Positions 1 to 16,340 are shown, counted from the stretch's first letter. The stretch is 64,000 bases of DNA from Lepidodermella squamata (GCA_047495785.1 JBLDXI010000042.1:2294001-2358000), one strand, 5' to 3'. Notes: generated by a model not told the origin, from the sequence alone. Translations and numbers: made by a program.

Positions 1-1034
1 AAACTTCTCGCGCAGGGTGTGCTAATCAGCTGCTTATCGTTTTGATGCTCCAACTGCCGGCGATCGGCGCCACCTCGACCTGCGGCCATTAAGGTGGCTG
101 TTTTATTGCTCTGCCGCGATAAACACCACTGGCTACCGACCAGGGCGCACCCTAACCCAGATCTTTGATTCTCCACGTCCGGGTCGGCTACGTTCGGGGT
201 CGAACTCGCGCGTTTCATTTTCGCCTTTCGAGTCGCCTCAGAGCTGATAGCCGCCGTAATATTCTGCAGAAAACAAACAACATTTTCCACCGCCTTCGAC
301 TCAGTATCTTGCTGGGTGACTGAAAACCGAACAGCCAACGTGAAATTTTCGATCAACAACCGTAATGGAGCTACCCCACTCGTCCCGTTAACTAGCGAAA
401 CAGCATGGGCGAGTTGAGCTGTGCAGTTTCGAAGAACTCCGCTTGAATTTTTGAAATCAGTACACCACCCAGCCCAAGAATGTGACGCGTTGTAAGTCGC
501 TTTTGTCGCGAATTGAATCGATGGCAGTAGAATAGCCCGAGATATAACATCTAGAACGCCGTCCTCAGTCAAACGGGTCACGATATCGCTGTCAACACTG
601 ATATTCCACAAAACAGCCGTGGCCAGCTCCCGAACAGCTGTTTCTTCAGCCTCAATCGCCTGATGAGCGGCGATTACGTCTAAAAGCACGGCGAGATAGT
701 TATTTTCAGGGTGGGTAATCGCCCGTCTCGCTGTTGAATCCGCCCCGCTACACAAATTTCGCAACGCCCCGAGAATCGACAGAGCGAAAATTCTCGGAAT
801 TTGCGGGTTTCGATGATGAGTCGCGAGGAGAGCGATCAAGTGATGCGTAACGTTGAAAGAAGCCACCTCCGCCTTAACAAACGGGTCGAGGTACGTGAGG
901 TGTTGCAGCATAACCGCGGCCTGAATTTTAACATCGAGCGGCATGGTCGGATCGGCGAGTAGATCGACAAGTTCCGACACGTGAACCGCGTCATTTTGAG
1001 GCTGGATAACTTGACTTTGGCCGGACAGCTTCAT
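1..1034 (-). CDS. Armadillo-repeat protein of the p120-catenin/delta-catenin/plakophilin family; 3' part runs off the window
   Basis: Not in the ORF track (no stop inside the window). Hand translation from ATG 1034 gives QAAVMLQHLTYLDPFVKAEV, ILGALRNL, RELATAVLWNIS, FKNSSGVLRNCT and DTESKAVENVVCFLQNI, matching p120-family ARM motifs (AAAYLQHL, TGTLWNLS, AGCLRNVS, DSKLVENCVCLLRNL). Confidence 0.8.
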   Translation of the reverse strand, partial: MKLSGQSQVIQPQNDAVHVSELVDLLADPTMPLDVKIQAAVMLQHLTYLDPFVKAEVASFNVTHHLIALLATHHRNPQIPRIFALSILGALRNLCSGADSTARRAITHPENNYLAVLLDVIAAHQAIEAEETAVRELATAVLWNISVDSDIVTRLTEDGVLDVISRAILLPSIQFATKATYNASHSWAGWCTDFKNSSGVLRNCTAQLAHAVSLVNGTSGVAPLRLLIENFTLAVRFSVTQQDTESKAVENVVCFLQNITAAISSEATRKAKMKRASSTPNVADPDVENQRSGLGCALVGSQWCLSRQSNKTATLMAAGRGGADRRQLEHQNDKQLISTPCARS

Positions 1035-1794
1035 CTGCAACTCGGCCACCGATTGGTGGTGGGCCGGCGCCGGCCAGTAAGCGGCTTGTTGGTCCAGTTT
1101 TCCGCAATAAAATTTATATAAATTATATATAACAAAAACTAAGAGAGAAATCAAGAAGAATATTATTGAAAAATCTCTTTTTTTCTGACAAAACACAAAA
1201 TATTTGCAGGTATCACAGTAAACATAAAGGCGGTATATTTTCGCTGTTTAAAAAATCGAAATTAAGGCCCATGTTTACTCCGATAATTATGTACATTTTT
1301 TGAACGAGAGAAACGAAGACTAGGCGTAGCAGAAGTGGGACTTTGGCGGGTATAGCAACGGCTTCAGAAGCCGTTCTGATAAAAATCTAAATTAGGAAAC
1401 TCGAAGGTGTGAGTTTTGTTATTTTTATTTGCTAAGAGCAGGCTAAATAAAACGAAAAGAGCGGTCGACAACAGATTGAAGAGAGCGCGAGTTGCTAATT
1501 TCCATCAAGGCCGCTAATTCAATTTCAATACTTGTACATACAGCAGTAATAGTAATAAACGGCGGGTTTCTGAAGAGTTGTGAAGGCATTGTTTTGTTTA
1601 TTTATCTCGCTCTCGTTTTCAAAATTATTAATCACCCATTCAAATATTTCACATCACAATAATGTGCGTGCGTTGCCATCATAATTGTTGTCGCGCGCGC
1701 ATATATAGAAACGCGACCTGTATATAGCCTAGATTCAGGCCAGCTAAAGGCTAGGCTATTAAATTACAAAGTGTGCTCGCATTTTGTTTGTCCT

Positions 1795-3752
1795 TCACCG
1801 ACAACACGTCGCATCGAGCTGCGTGATTTGCGGCAGCGCGAGAATAACGCGCCTGCGGTAGTTGGCGTCCGGCTCGCCGTCTTGCTGCCCACCTACAAAA
1901 TAGATCGGATTGTGCTCCAGGTACACTGTTTTCAAACTCGGCAACGCAGCTAGCACTTCAACATCGCCCCATCGGCTCACTTTGTTCGAATTAAACTGTA
2001 TATGGATATGCAATAAAAATCGCAATTAGCATTCCGTAAGGACAACAATAAACAACTCAATAATTAATTCCAAGTGTAATTATTAAGGTGGGTAAATAAC
2101 AACATACCCAGAATTCTTCCAATTTAGACAAATGAGCCAAATTTTCGATTCGCTCAATCTTATTCTCCGCCAAATCTAGCGTTTGCAGGGCGAAATTTTG
2201 TTCAAGACCTTCGATTTTTTCAATCATGTTCGAGCTCAGGTAAAGCTGTTCGAGGGCGTGAAGGTTTTGAAGGCCGTCGATTTTCGTCAACCGGTTCGAG
2301 GCCAGCGATAAAATTCGAAGATTTCTCAACGTAGACAAACTCGTATCAATCGACCGAATTCGATTTCTGCCTAGGTACAGCTCTCGTAGTTCAACCAGAG
2401 CCTCGAGTCCTTCGATTTTCTGAATTTTATTCGAGCCAAGTTCGAGCAATTCGAGTTGCGTTAACGCTTCTAAATTTTCCAGTCGAGTAAACCGATTTTC
2501 GACGAGGAACAACTTTTTCAAGGTTGCAGCTAGGCACGCGAGATTTTCGATTTTGGCGACGCGGTTGAATGACAGGTCGAGCTGGCGCAATTTCTTGAGC
2601 GAGTCTAAATTTTCGATTTTCACAATTTGATTGTCGTATAAATCCAGCTCGAGTAAATTCGTCAGAGTCTGCAGATTTTCGATTTTCACAATCGCGTTCC
2701 ACCTTAAGCACAACAATTCCAATTCTGTACATTTCTCCAAATTTGCAATTCGCCCGATGCGGCAGTGCGTTAAATCAACTTCCTAGAAAAATAAAACAGA
2801 AAATGTAAGGAAATTTTTAAAATATAAAATGCCAAGGGACTATTCTATAGCCAGCCATGGGAAAATTCCATTTTCCCCCGATCTGGAACTCCGAGTGATA
2901 AATAAATAAATGAAATAAAATAGTATAAATAAATTGTAAGAGAAATTCCATCTTAAAAATTCAAATTCAGCCATAGAGAAATTCAATTTCCCAATGGCAA
3001 AATTTTACCATGCGCACTATCTAGAGCCACTTTATGGGCGTTAAAGAGGCACAACCCCTATGAAAATAGCATAAAAAATTGAAATAAATAGTCCACCTTA
3101 AAAAGTTTAATTTGACCACAGAGAAAAAAATGCATTTTCCCAATGGCAAAATTTTACCATGCACATGTCGGTATTTTCGAAAATAATTATAGTTTTTTCC
3201 AGATTTCACACCTAAAAACCTAACATTAAGTCTGTACCAAGTACAAAATGTCAGAAAAATAACTTTTATGACAGTTTCCTAGTGTAAAAAATATTAAAAA
3301 TCTAGCATTTTGTAATTATGACCAATCCAACAAAATCTGGCTAGAATGTGACGTGTTTTTTTGACAGCATCACAATAGCGTGTTTATATCACTAATGCAT
3401 GCTAATGTTATCAGTTTTCACTGTCAGTTTTATTATAATAGTGGTTATAAATAAATTTATTATGTTTACGAGGCAAAAATTGATCGAATTGACTTGTGAT
3501 GTAAAATTTATGGAAATATTTGTGTGTGATGATATGATGTATAGGCGAGAATGAAAGTCAACTAACCTTGGCCGTGTGGTCGTCAATAGCGATGTCATGA
3601 TGGTGATCTGGCACGCCCTTCTCGCACAGCTCACACTCGCCATCTGCCGGCGTCTGCGATTTCAGAACTGTCATGACGGCCGGCTGTTGCTGGTCCCCAC
3701 CGCCGCCATTAGCCTGCCCTCCGCTGCTGTTGTTCTCATTGTTTTCGAGCAT
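1795..3752 (-). CDS. PPP1R7: Protein phosphatase 1 regulatory subunit 7 (sds22), LRR protein; exons 3752-3567, 2782-2108, 1995-1795
   Basis: SDS22-type LRRs (LxxLDLYDNQIxKIENL), LEEFW, and LRR cap LKTVYLEHNP...YRRRVILALPQITQLDAT. Phase-0 GT-AG introns join in frame. Confidence 0.93.
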
Positions 3753-4056
3753 GGCAAATATTATTAACAATAACAACAGCCAAAAACAATAAACTAAAAT
3801 TGCAAGGCGAAAACACGTATGAACGCTAGGCAAAAGTCAATATTTCTCTTTTATATGTGCTTTCTTTTCGTGCTGGAAGAACAAGACGACGAAAAAGGGC
3901 GGCAGGTATTATGTATCAGCTATATGCATATAACCAACCGGGAAAAATTGACACGCGCAACATTTTGTAGTAATAATAATAATAATTTTACACAAATCAC
4001 AATCGCTACGCAATTTTGCATATATGTATAGGTCAATGACAGCAGTATAGGTAAAT

Positions 4057-5051
4057 TCAAGAAATCGATCGCTTTTGCAAAATTTTGTCTTTCACCTGCG
4101 CTGGGAAGTAAATAATAGCGGATGCTACATAGCGAACACCACGGCCAATTGCGCCGAAAGTCGATCTCGCCGCGCTGAAACCAATCTTAGCCCGGGCAGG
4201 GACGAGCGCGGTCGACGAGGCCGATTCAGATTCTTCGATTTTCGGCACATTGACCTTCCAGATGCCCAACTGCTTCTTCTGGGCAGTTTTCTGAGCCGCC
4301 ATTAAACGTTCGGCTAATTTGTGCTCAACCGGCTGGACCTGGAAGAAGGGTTTCTTCTTTTCCGCCTGGTCAGGTAAGGGCGGTTCCATTCCGTCGAACA
4401 CGTAAGGCGCCAGGCCTTGCTCAACCATATCGGCGTTCAGAGACCGGTATCGCCACAGCCACCAGTATGGCTGGTGATACACCGCTGCGATGATAAATTC
4501 CTCCTTCGGGCCTTCTTCAATTAGCTGAAAAGTGACGCGTTTGTTCAACACTTTGTCGACAACGAATTTAGAAGCGGCTGGTTCGTGCCATGCACCGAGA
4601 CCAGCCAGCCGAACGGGAAGAAGGCCGCGAGCTCGTTTATGGTAGGTCAACTCAACGATAGGGATGTGCTCAACATTTAAGGTGGCTTTCTCACCACCCT
4701 CCACCGACCGTACAAAACCGGTCAGTTTCACCTGCTTTCTAAAGTAACTGTCCGGAATCTTCCGAACTGAGGTAAATTTGGTGAACTATAAAATAAAACA
4801 CCTTAAAATTGACAGAATTTTCAAAAATAATTATAACATACCAATCTCAACGAGCGAACGATAAGTAGAACGCCGGTAGCTCCTACGACGTAGATACCGA
4901 TCTGAATCTCACGTTTGTGTTCGTCGATTAATCTCGAAGCCTGGTTAATATCGAGGTAGCGTTGCCAGTTAACTGATTTCGCGACAGCTGGAGCGTCGCT
5001 TTTCTTTTCTACGACTAGCACATCACTTTTATTATCGGCTTCTGAGCCCAT
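4057..5051 (-). CDS. C3orf33: C3orf33-like protein (TM segment plus staphylococcal-nuclease-like fold); exons 5051-4842, 4785-4057
   Basis: LLIVRSLRL-FTKFTSVRKIP..F.KQVKLTG, VEHIPI, LLPVRLAGL, SLNADMVEQGLA and AQKTAQKKQLGIWK parallel the human C3orf33 motifs. Confidence 0.82.
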
Positions 5052-5212
5052 CTATATATAAATCAGAAATGAATTAAGCAACCGATTAGAAACGGGTTTA
5101 TTCTCTTTTTTTTAGGGCACATTTCTCTCCTCAGATCGGGTAATTCAACAAAAAAACAAGTGCAAAGTGAAACTTAATATGTATCTATTTTATCAGCGGA
5201 AGCACCAAGAAA

Positions 5213-6363
5213 TCACTCGAAATCGCTATCTTCCCAAGGTAATAGGGTTGTTGTTGATGTTGTTGTCGTATCGGTTTTATTCCAGTCGGAGAATGAAACA
5301 AACCAGTTCGAAGAGTCAGTGGCGTGATATACTAAACTCGCCCCACCGCCGGGTGAATTCAGCCGGGCGACGGCTATATTTAACGCAGATTGCTCACCGG
5401 CATGGCAGCCTGAATACCTATATTCCGGCTGAACTGTTGCACATCCGGACGCTCTCGATCCAAGAGGCCAGACGCAGTCAGGATCTCCACAACAACTGCA
5501 AAAAATAGAGATGCAAAACTCGATTTAGCTATATCTTAAAACTATTACCTCAGCCAATCAGTCGTAATATTGATATAATACGAATGGGTTCGAGCAAGTA
5601 TCAAAAACCTGCTTGAGATCATTCGGTGAAAATAGAAAGCATCCGGCCTCAGGCCAAAGTATTTAAATGTGTCCGAGTGCGTGAATGCTGATGTAGGTAG
5701 GCCGTGGGCCGTCGGTAGAAAAACAGCGCCCTCATTTCGGGCGCTTTCGATTAGGGACGTCATCACAGGCTCGAAGCGAAAGCTGGGTACTGATTGAGGA
5801 TCCAGCCACATCACAACATCAAATTCGAGTAAGAGTAAACGAATGACGAGCGGTTTGTAAAGCTGGTACATCACATTTTTAGCCATGTAATTCGAGTATT
5901 CCGTCAGATCTATATAGCGAAGCCAGCAGCCGTTTGCTTGCGTAGAAATGTTGCATAATGGCGCTTCTTGTAGAAGCAAAGGTCCGAGATTCGAATCGAA
6001 AAAGAACGCTATTATTGAGAACTCATTCGGATATACCGATGTCAAACATCGAAGCAAGGTAACAAAAGACTGAATGTCGTCCGCTGTTCGAATAGCCGTA
6101 GAAAGCACCGTTGTAAAATTATTCGAATCTAGCTTTTGAGTCGTTTTCTTCGCCCGAATTCCGGTGTCGTCGATAAAGCGGAGCAAATTGCTTCGCTCCA
6201 AACTGTCCAGAGAATTCCGGAAGGGCAAGATCGGAGCATCTCCGTCTAAATCTAATTTTCCGACCAAGAGCGTTGAATATCGAACGAGACGAGACGAAAA
6301 CCAAAGCGTTGACAATATCGAAATGAAGACGAGAACGATGAATGGATATTTAAACGTTGACAT
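5213..6363 (-). CDS. DUF1647-type type-II membrane protein (putative glycosyltransferase-like); exons 6363-5549, 5495-5213
   Basis: N-terminal TM helix, YKPLVIR, VMWLD, SAFTHSDTFKYF, FYFHRMI, and spliced WLSCCGDPDCVWPLGSRASGC...YRYSGCH...SALNI, typical of the invertebrate DUF1647 family. Confidence 0.72.
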
Positions 6364-6507
6364 ACATTGACAAGTAAAATTAATTACACTAGATCAAACG
6401 AAAACGGAATTAGTCAAAGTTATAATTTACTCAAATAAAATCAGTCACTAATAAGTCAACATTTCATTGTAGAACACAGTAGTAAATGGAAATTTCATAT
6501 TATTTAA

Positions 6508-7530
6508 TCACATTGCATGGACTGCAGATTTTCCAAGCCAATTCACCGGTACCGTAAGTTCCTCGGATCCTTTATCGAGCTTCACAGCGCAAACCTGCCA
6601 CGGCCTAGCCATCGAACATAATCCAAGCTGTCTAGCACACGAAGAAGGACTGACATGATTAGATGCTCTGCTCTCCTCCTCTGTCTCACAACCGAATGCT
6701 GCCAAAACTAAAACAGGGGCAGCTGGGGAGGCAGCTTGGCAAAGAAGTTGCAGCTCTTTGTCGGACGAAGGAGGAATGAGACCAGACGGACAAGTTGAAT
6801 CAATGACATAAATCATTGCGGAAAGTGATGAAAATAATTCTTTCGTTCGAGGATTGGGAAGTCTTTCTCCATTTTCTTGCTCAGCGAAAAATGGGCTTCT
6901 TACAATCCGATCTCGAGTATCCGATTCCCTCTCTCGCAATTCCTTGAATTCAGTGTATAAAGTAAGCATATGAAATCGCTGTCCGGTCTTGGTAAGCTCG
7001 ACCAAGCCACCTCCAAATCCACCGGCTCCCGGAGGTGGTCGGAGAAATTCGACTAACTGCATGGCCGACGTGGCATTTTGCGCATTTGGCAGTCCGAGTA
7101 GATACTGCACGATTTTCTCCGTGCGGGGAGACTCGATACCAGGACCGAATATCGCAACTTTAGGTACTTCAGCTTGAGCCCAAGAGCCAATAATCGGCTT
7201 TAATTTCCCGAAAAACTGGGATAGAAGGGATGAGTTACGTAGATCAGCTGCAGGAAGAGCCAACTCAGATCGACGAGGGCGGCATATGCGATAAACATCA
7301 ATAGCAGGCCGAGATGAGCCAACCAAGGGATTATGCTTATGACTGACAACCGTCCAACGTTCAAGGTCTTTCTCTAACAATGATTGCCATAGAGATTCCG
7401 AAGAGCACATTGCATGCAGCTTGCGACAAACTGATCGCAACGAAAGTACATCATCAGGGCTTATACGCATAATAATATGAAGCCATATCTCGTAAGGCAA
7501 GTTGCAGAGGGAAGGTGAGTCGTTGTCCAT
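6508..7530 (-). CDS. FBXO4: F-box only protein 4, single coding exon
   Basis: N-terminal F-box (LCNLPYEIWLHI...LSLRSVCRKL...LWQSLL), then KVAIFGPGIES, GFGGG, FHMLTLY and PVLVLA of the FBXO4 GTPase-like substrate domain. Confidence 0.85.
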   Translation of the reverse strand: MDNDSPSLCNLPYEIWLHIIMRISPDDVLSLRSVCRKLHAMCSSESLWQSLLEKDLERWTVVSHKHNPLVGSSRPAIDVYRICRPRRSELALPAADLRNSSLLSQFFGKLKPIIGSWAQAEVPKVAIFGPGIESPRTEKIVQYLLGLPNAQNATSAMQLVEFLRPPPGAGGFGGGLVELTKTGQRFHMLTLYTEFKELRERESDTRDRIVRSPFFAEQENGERLPNPRTKELFSSLSAMIYVIDSTCPSGLIPPSSDKELQLLCQAASPAAPVLVLAAFGCETEEESRASNHVSPSSCARQLGLCSMARPWQVCAVKLDKGSEELTVPVNWLGKSAVHAM

Positions 7531-8217
7531 ATCAGATTTAGCTAATTGGATAAAAGGCGAAGAGTCAGAAGTCAGTAGTTTGAAACAAGGATTAAAAACG
7601 GTAGTATGAGTTGGAAAGTCGTCACAGTGGGTCTCCTGTAAATGCAGATTTGAGACAAAAAGCGACTAGTGACTCATGCTGACGCCGGGTCACGGAACGG
7701 AAAACCACAAGTTGCTTTTTCCGATGGCATCTTAATGCGCGCACTTTTGGATAGATTCGAGTATGTGACGCTTATTATATAACAGGCATGTTAAAAATTT
7801 GATAATTAACTATTGGGCTCTCAAATTGCAAATTATTTCACTGAATCGCAGCCATTAAAGTAGAAAAAGTAAACAAAAAGCACAAAAAGTGGGCCAACAT
7901 GCTGGCGATTTGCAGCTTATCTGAGTTTCGGGCTTCGAGTCCGCAGGCTGCGAACTTGCGTTTGATAAAGAACAGGTCATCTCACGTATTTTGGATTCTC
8001 GAAGTAATGTTGTTAACTATTGGCAATGCATCCATTTTTGCTCATATTTCACATGTCCCATTCTATTCTTGCAGCAGATGAATGATTCATTTTAAAGTTC
8101 CAATGCAATTGTAATTTCAACGTAATCTCAGTCACCCCTTACGTCATAATTCATCATATTGTATGAGTTGTTCACTGTGGCTTCTTTTTGTCAGTTATAT
8201 GAACCTATTTATATGCA

Positions 8218-11863
<3,646 letters not shown>

Positions 11864-12019
11864 GCAAAAAAAACTTATTATCAAGTCAAGGCTGTGAGGC
11901 ATTGCCAACCTTTCATTCTCCGAATTTTTAACTTGTCATGATTTTTTGAGCGATATAAAACTCGAGTGTTAACATTTTGTGTCCCAAATTTTTAGGGAGG
12001 CTTAAATATCGAATTTAAG

Positions 12020-13430
12020 ATGCAATCAGAGACGGCTCGGAAACTGGCTGAAATTTTCTCGTCAGCCGGCCAGGCTTTCACGCACATGGCAGAACTGACT
12101 ATGCAACTGCCCGGGGGCGAGCAAGGCCAGGGCCTCAATGGAAAATGGACCGAAAAAGAGGTTGATATGCTCAAGGGCGCGGTCGATCGTTTCGGCGCCG
12201 ACCTCGACAAAATCGGCACAGTCATAAAAGGTCGTACTCAGTAAGTAACTCATTTGTTATTCTCCTAAAATTTTCAAAATTTGTTTATTTTAGAGACCAA
12301 ATGAAACGAGGTGCGCCTGTGTCAGCTATTCAAAAAGGATCCCCGGTGAAGGGTAACGAGAACTTGCCAACTCGCCAGCCGGTTGCTCAACAAGAGGAGA
12401 AGAAGCCACGTCTTCCCCCGCCGTCATCGACCGCCGCTTCGTCCGGCGCCGCCTCGGGTCCGGTGATCAGGACAGTGGCTAACCCGGCAGCTGCCCCGTC
12501 AGGAATCGCTCCTCCGCTTGTCTTGAGCGCGAAACCAGCCGGTGTTCCCATGGCGCGTCGCGGCAAGGCGACGGGGGTTAAAAGCGGCGGCGGGCCACTT
12601 TCTCGCACCCAGCCTCAATCTGCTCAATCAACTTCGTCGGTGGCTGCTCCTGTTGGCGGTCCTAAACTGGTCTCAATGCTTGAAGCGGCGAAAAGGCCTG
12701 CACCTGTTGTTGGTAGCGATGAATTCGAAGCGAAAAAACGTCAAATGACAGGTTAGTTGCAATAGTGCCTAAATATCGAAAAAATAATGTTATGCGGGCA
12801 AAACCATGTTTTTCGAAGATTTCAGTTTTAGCTTACAAATAAAATTTCGGCAAGGTGATGTCAAATATTCCCTCTAAATTTGCAGAATTTTTCAATTTTT
12901 AGCAATTTAAACCGTGTTTGGCTAACCTTGGACAATAAGCAGTCATTTCAATGCCCATTAGCATATTCAACGGCCTAGTGAGTTTTGTCCAGGCGAATTG
13001 CGAAGAAATTCAAGAAAACTGAAATTCCTCTTGGGGTAATTTTGGCCTTCATAAATATCCGACTATTTTATACCTTATCCGTCCGATTTTCGTTTTTCTT
13101 TCGGTGACGGAAATTTCACCGCTAGAGCATAACATTTTTCAAAATTGCTTATCGCTCCGATTACCTTGAATTTAACCTAAGGGAAATATAGTGCTGGACC
13201 CTACATTTAGGGTGCGCACTTGGCACACCCACAATTTTATTCAAAAATCGTGTGCAAAAATTATTAGAGTGGAATTTTTAGCATATCGATTTGCTTATAA
13301 TGTTTCAAATTTTATCTATTTAGAAGCGCAATATCGGCGAATGCTGCGCGAAGCTGAAGAAGACGAGTTCGATAGCGAGGATGACGACGATGATGTAGAC
13401 GATTCGGACGACGACGACGATGACGAGTGA
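12020..13430 (+). CDS. BAP18: BAP18 (C17orf49) SANT-domain chromatin-complex subunit; exons 12020-12240, 12294-12751, 13324-13430
   Basis: KLAEIFSSAGQAFTHMAELTMQL...GKWTEKEVDMLKGAVDRFGADLDKIGTVIKGRT matches the BAP18 N-terminus. Followed by a Pro/Ala-rich region and an acidic tail. Confidence 0.85.
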
Positions 13431-13889
13431 AGAAGCGCTTTTTGTACACGATAATTTGTTTTCTACCGAGATCAATGTGACTGTTAATACACCCAGCCGT
13501 TTGTTTCCTCTCTTTTTGATGCACGTTCGAATTGTTGCCGCGCTTGATTCCGATTTATTGAGTGCTTTTCGGTGACAGAATTTGAGCGGATCCATTTTTT
13601 TCGTTATAATTACTTGTCTCTTGTATCAGAACTTGTTTGTGGAAAGATAGCGCTGCAACAAGACCTTGCCAGCGAAGCTAATTCTTTCACAATTCAGAAT
13701 CATCTTACTTGAAAATTTTGTGTGATCATGTCAAAGCGGTTTTTTTGGAAAAATAATGTTGTTCTTATACACGCTAGTTCATTTCTCCTCTTTTTGAGTA
13801 AAAATTCAACATTTATATTTAATGCATTTTTCCGGCTAGGATTTTATATATACAATTTTTACTTTGTTGCGCTAATTTCAATCGAAATA

Positions 13890-15372
13890 ATGGCCACTGC
13901 TGTTGAAACCAAATGCGAAGCTCTGCAGAGCAATCAGGGCAACTCGGCTGATTTGGATCAGAAAATCATTAAACAAGTCGAGTTCTACTTCGGTGATTTG
14001 AACTTGTTGCGTGATACTTTCCTGCTGAAAGAAATCGAAAAGGACAACGGTTGGATTGAAATCGACGTTTTGCTTCGCTTCAACCGCCTTAAGCAACTGA
14101 CAACCGATCGCGATGTTGTTTTGAAGGCGCTGGAACAGTCGAAATCCGGCCTGTTGGAGATCAACGCGGCCGATTACAAGGTTCGCCGCCACACCTCCCG
14201 CCCGCTGCCGACCAGCACTGACGGCAGCCGAGGTGTTGCGATTTTGAACCCGCAAACCGTCTACGTCAAGGGTTTCGCATCTGACACGACTCTGGACGAC
14301 GTCCTTGAGTTCTTCGAAAAGGCCGGTTTCCCCGCCGAGGGTGTCTACTTGCGTAAGAACAAGAAGACGAACGAATTCAAAGGCAGTGTTTTTGCTACCA
14401 TGCCATCTCGTGAAAATGCTCAGAAATTTATTGCGGAAGCACCGAAAACTTACAACGATACTGAAATGATTGTCATGCTGAAGGAGGACTATCATGTTAA
14501 GAAGGCTCAGGAGCGTGTCAACATGCGCCAGGAACAGAAGAAGCGACAGGATCAGATCTATGAAGAGTGAGTTTATCAAAAAAAATTTAAGGTGGAATTT
14601 TTTATCGAGAAAATTGAAAAGGTTTAAAGATTCCAAACTGCTTTGGAACCTTTAACTGGGTTGAAAAAAGGCCTTCGAACCGGTTAAACTGTAACTGAAA
14701 GTCTCGAAATCGTAAAATGTGCTGAAATTTGTTAAATTTTAAGGTGGAATAGTTTATTTATTCATTTTTGAAATGTTGAATTAATTTTAAAATTTTTGAA
14801 TTAATTTTTTCAGGAAGAAAAAGAAGGCTGTTGAAGATCAGCTGCAGAAAATCAAGAACGAGCTTACCCCCGGAGCAGTTCTGGTCATCTCAAACTTGCC
14901 CGAGGGTATTAACGAGAAAGTTCTGCGAGCTTTCTGGGGCAAATTCGCCCGCATGGCCTGGGTCGAGCTGTCCGAGGACCGCAAGAGCGCCCATATTCGC
15001 TTCGAAGAGGCCGATACCGCGAAGAAGGCGTGGGATGCCGCGAAAACCGCCCACCCGTGCGCCGACAACGAAAATGCCGTTATGATGGATACTCAGCCTG
15101 TTACTTTTGTCAAAGTTCTCGAGGGTGAGGAGGAGGAGACCTTCTGGAAGGGAGTCTGGGCCCAGCTGGCCGAACGCCGGGCTAATTACCAGCAGCACCG
15201 TGGCGGACGGGGAGGCCGTGGTGGTCGTGGGGGTCGCGGTGGCCGGGGCGGTCGCGGCGGCTATCGGGGCAACAAACGCCAACACGACGGCGAGGATGGT
15301 GAACAAAAGCGCAGCAAGAAGGAGATTGAAATGGAGGACTCTGACACGTCTGATGACGGCGGTGAAAACTGA
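13890..15372 (+). CDS. SSB: La protein (La motif, RRM1, RRM2, RGG repeats, acidic tail); exons 13890-14566, 14814-15372
   Basis: IIKQVEFYFGDLNLLRDTFL...GWIEIDVLLRFNRL La motif, TVYVKGF/FKGSVF RRM1, RRM2, (RGG)6 and EDSDTSDD tail. Confidence 0.93.
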
Positions 15373-16109
15373 GAGAAAGACACTTATAGAACAAATCATA
15401 CAATCTTTGTTGTTGTTTTGTTAAGATTTACCTCTTACTATGTGATGCGCGGTCAAAGCTTATAAATTGCCGTATATACCTACAGTCTAGTTTCAAAGGT
15501 GTGTGATCTGCTGCTGTTTGACAGTTACCCGTTGAAAAGTTGTGCTCTTCAAAAGTGGTAAACGCTTGAACGGTGATCATACTGTGCATTCGATTTCAAT
15601 AAAAGAGCTCTTCTTATTCCATGGTTATTGTTTTTTGAAGGAAATTGAACCAAATTAATAATCGGATTTATATTTTAGAGCATATAAACAAGATTTAATC
15701 GGCGCCCTTCGAAATCTATACCATTCGTAAATTTATGGAAAATTATCGTAAGAAATGGTCAGTTGGTTTTAGGCTCAAAGTTGAACTTTTCTGTATCAAG
15801 ATTTCGGGTGGATTTTTAACTTTTTTTTTAATTTATGAATCTCCCTAAATCGAGCTGTTACGCGGCACGCCGATAAGAAATACTCTTCGGTAAGAAGGGA
15901 AAAGGGGAATTAAGAGGTAAAGAATGTAAAAATACATCCTGATTGCTGAGGAAAATGATATCAGTAGAAAAATCCATACGTTCCAACTTCCCACGCCTAG
16001 ATAGCAGAGAAAATGTGCTGCCACCTCCGATTTGTTCGAAACAAAATGAACTTCAACTTATTTCAATTACGGCCCAAGGTCTATCATTTGGGTTAATAGC
16101 TTTGCATTC

Positions 16110-16200
16110 CCAAATTTAACTTTCTGTCCCCAAATCCAACCTTAAATCTCCAAACCTAACCTTTCGTTCCCAAATCTAACCTTTTGAGCTCCATCAGAAC
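16110..16200. repeat. Degenerate ~20-nt tandem repeat (cccaaatctaacctt-like), probably an element remnant between the two La genes
   Basis: ccaaatttaactt, cccaaatccaacctt, ccaaacctaacctt and cccaaatctaacctt in series; inverse-sense copy aagttagatttaggg near 16250. Confidence 0.55.
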
Positions 16201-16340
16201 TGACTTGATAGCTCAAACTCCTTAAATCAAGTGCTAAACAACCCCAAGTTAGATTTAGGGATGCAAATTCTAACTGAGGATTATCATTTTATCTGTTAAA
16301 AGTTTTGGCTACTTTTGATCAAAAATTATGGATTTTAGAA

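Noticed and set aside
2840-3350. Possible MITE in PPP1R7 intron 1 (26-nt direct repeat at ~2988 and ~3137)
   Set aside because: Terminal inverted repeats and TSD are too weak to define an element.
13878-14636. 252-aa antisense ORF over La, and similar antisense or shifted ORFs over U2SURP, GCLC and the MAM/LDLa gene
   Set aside because: Shadow ORFs of real genes with biased codon use; no recognisable motifs.
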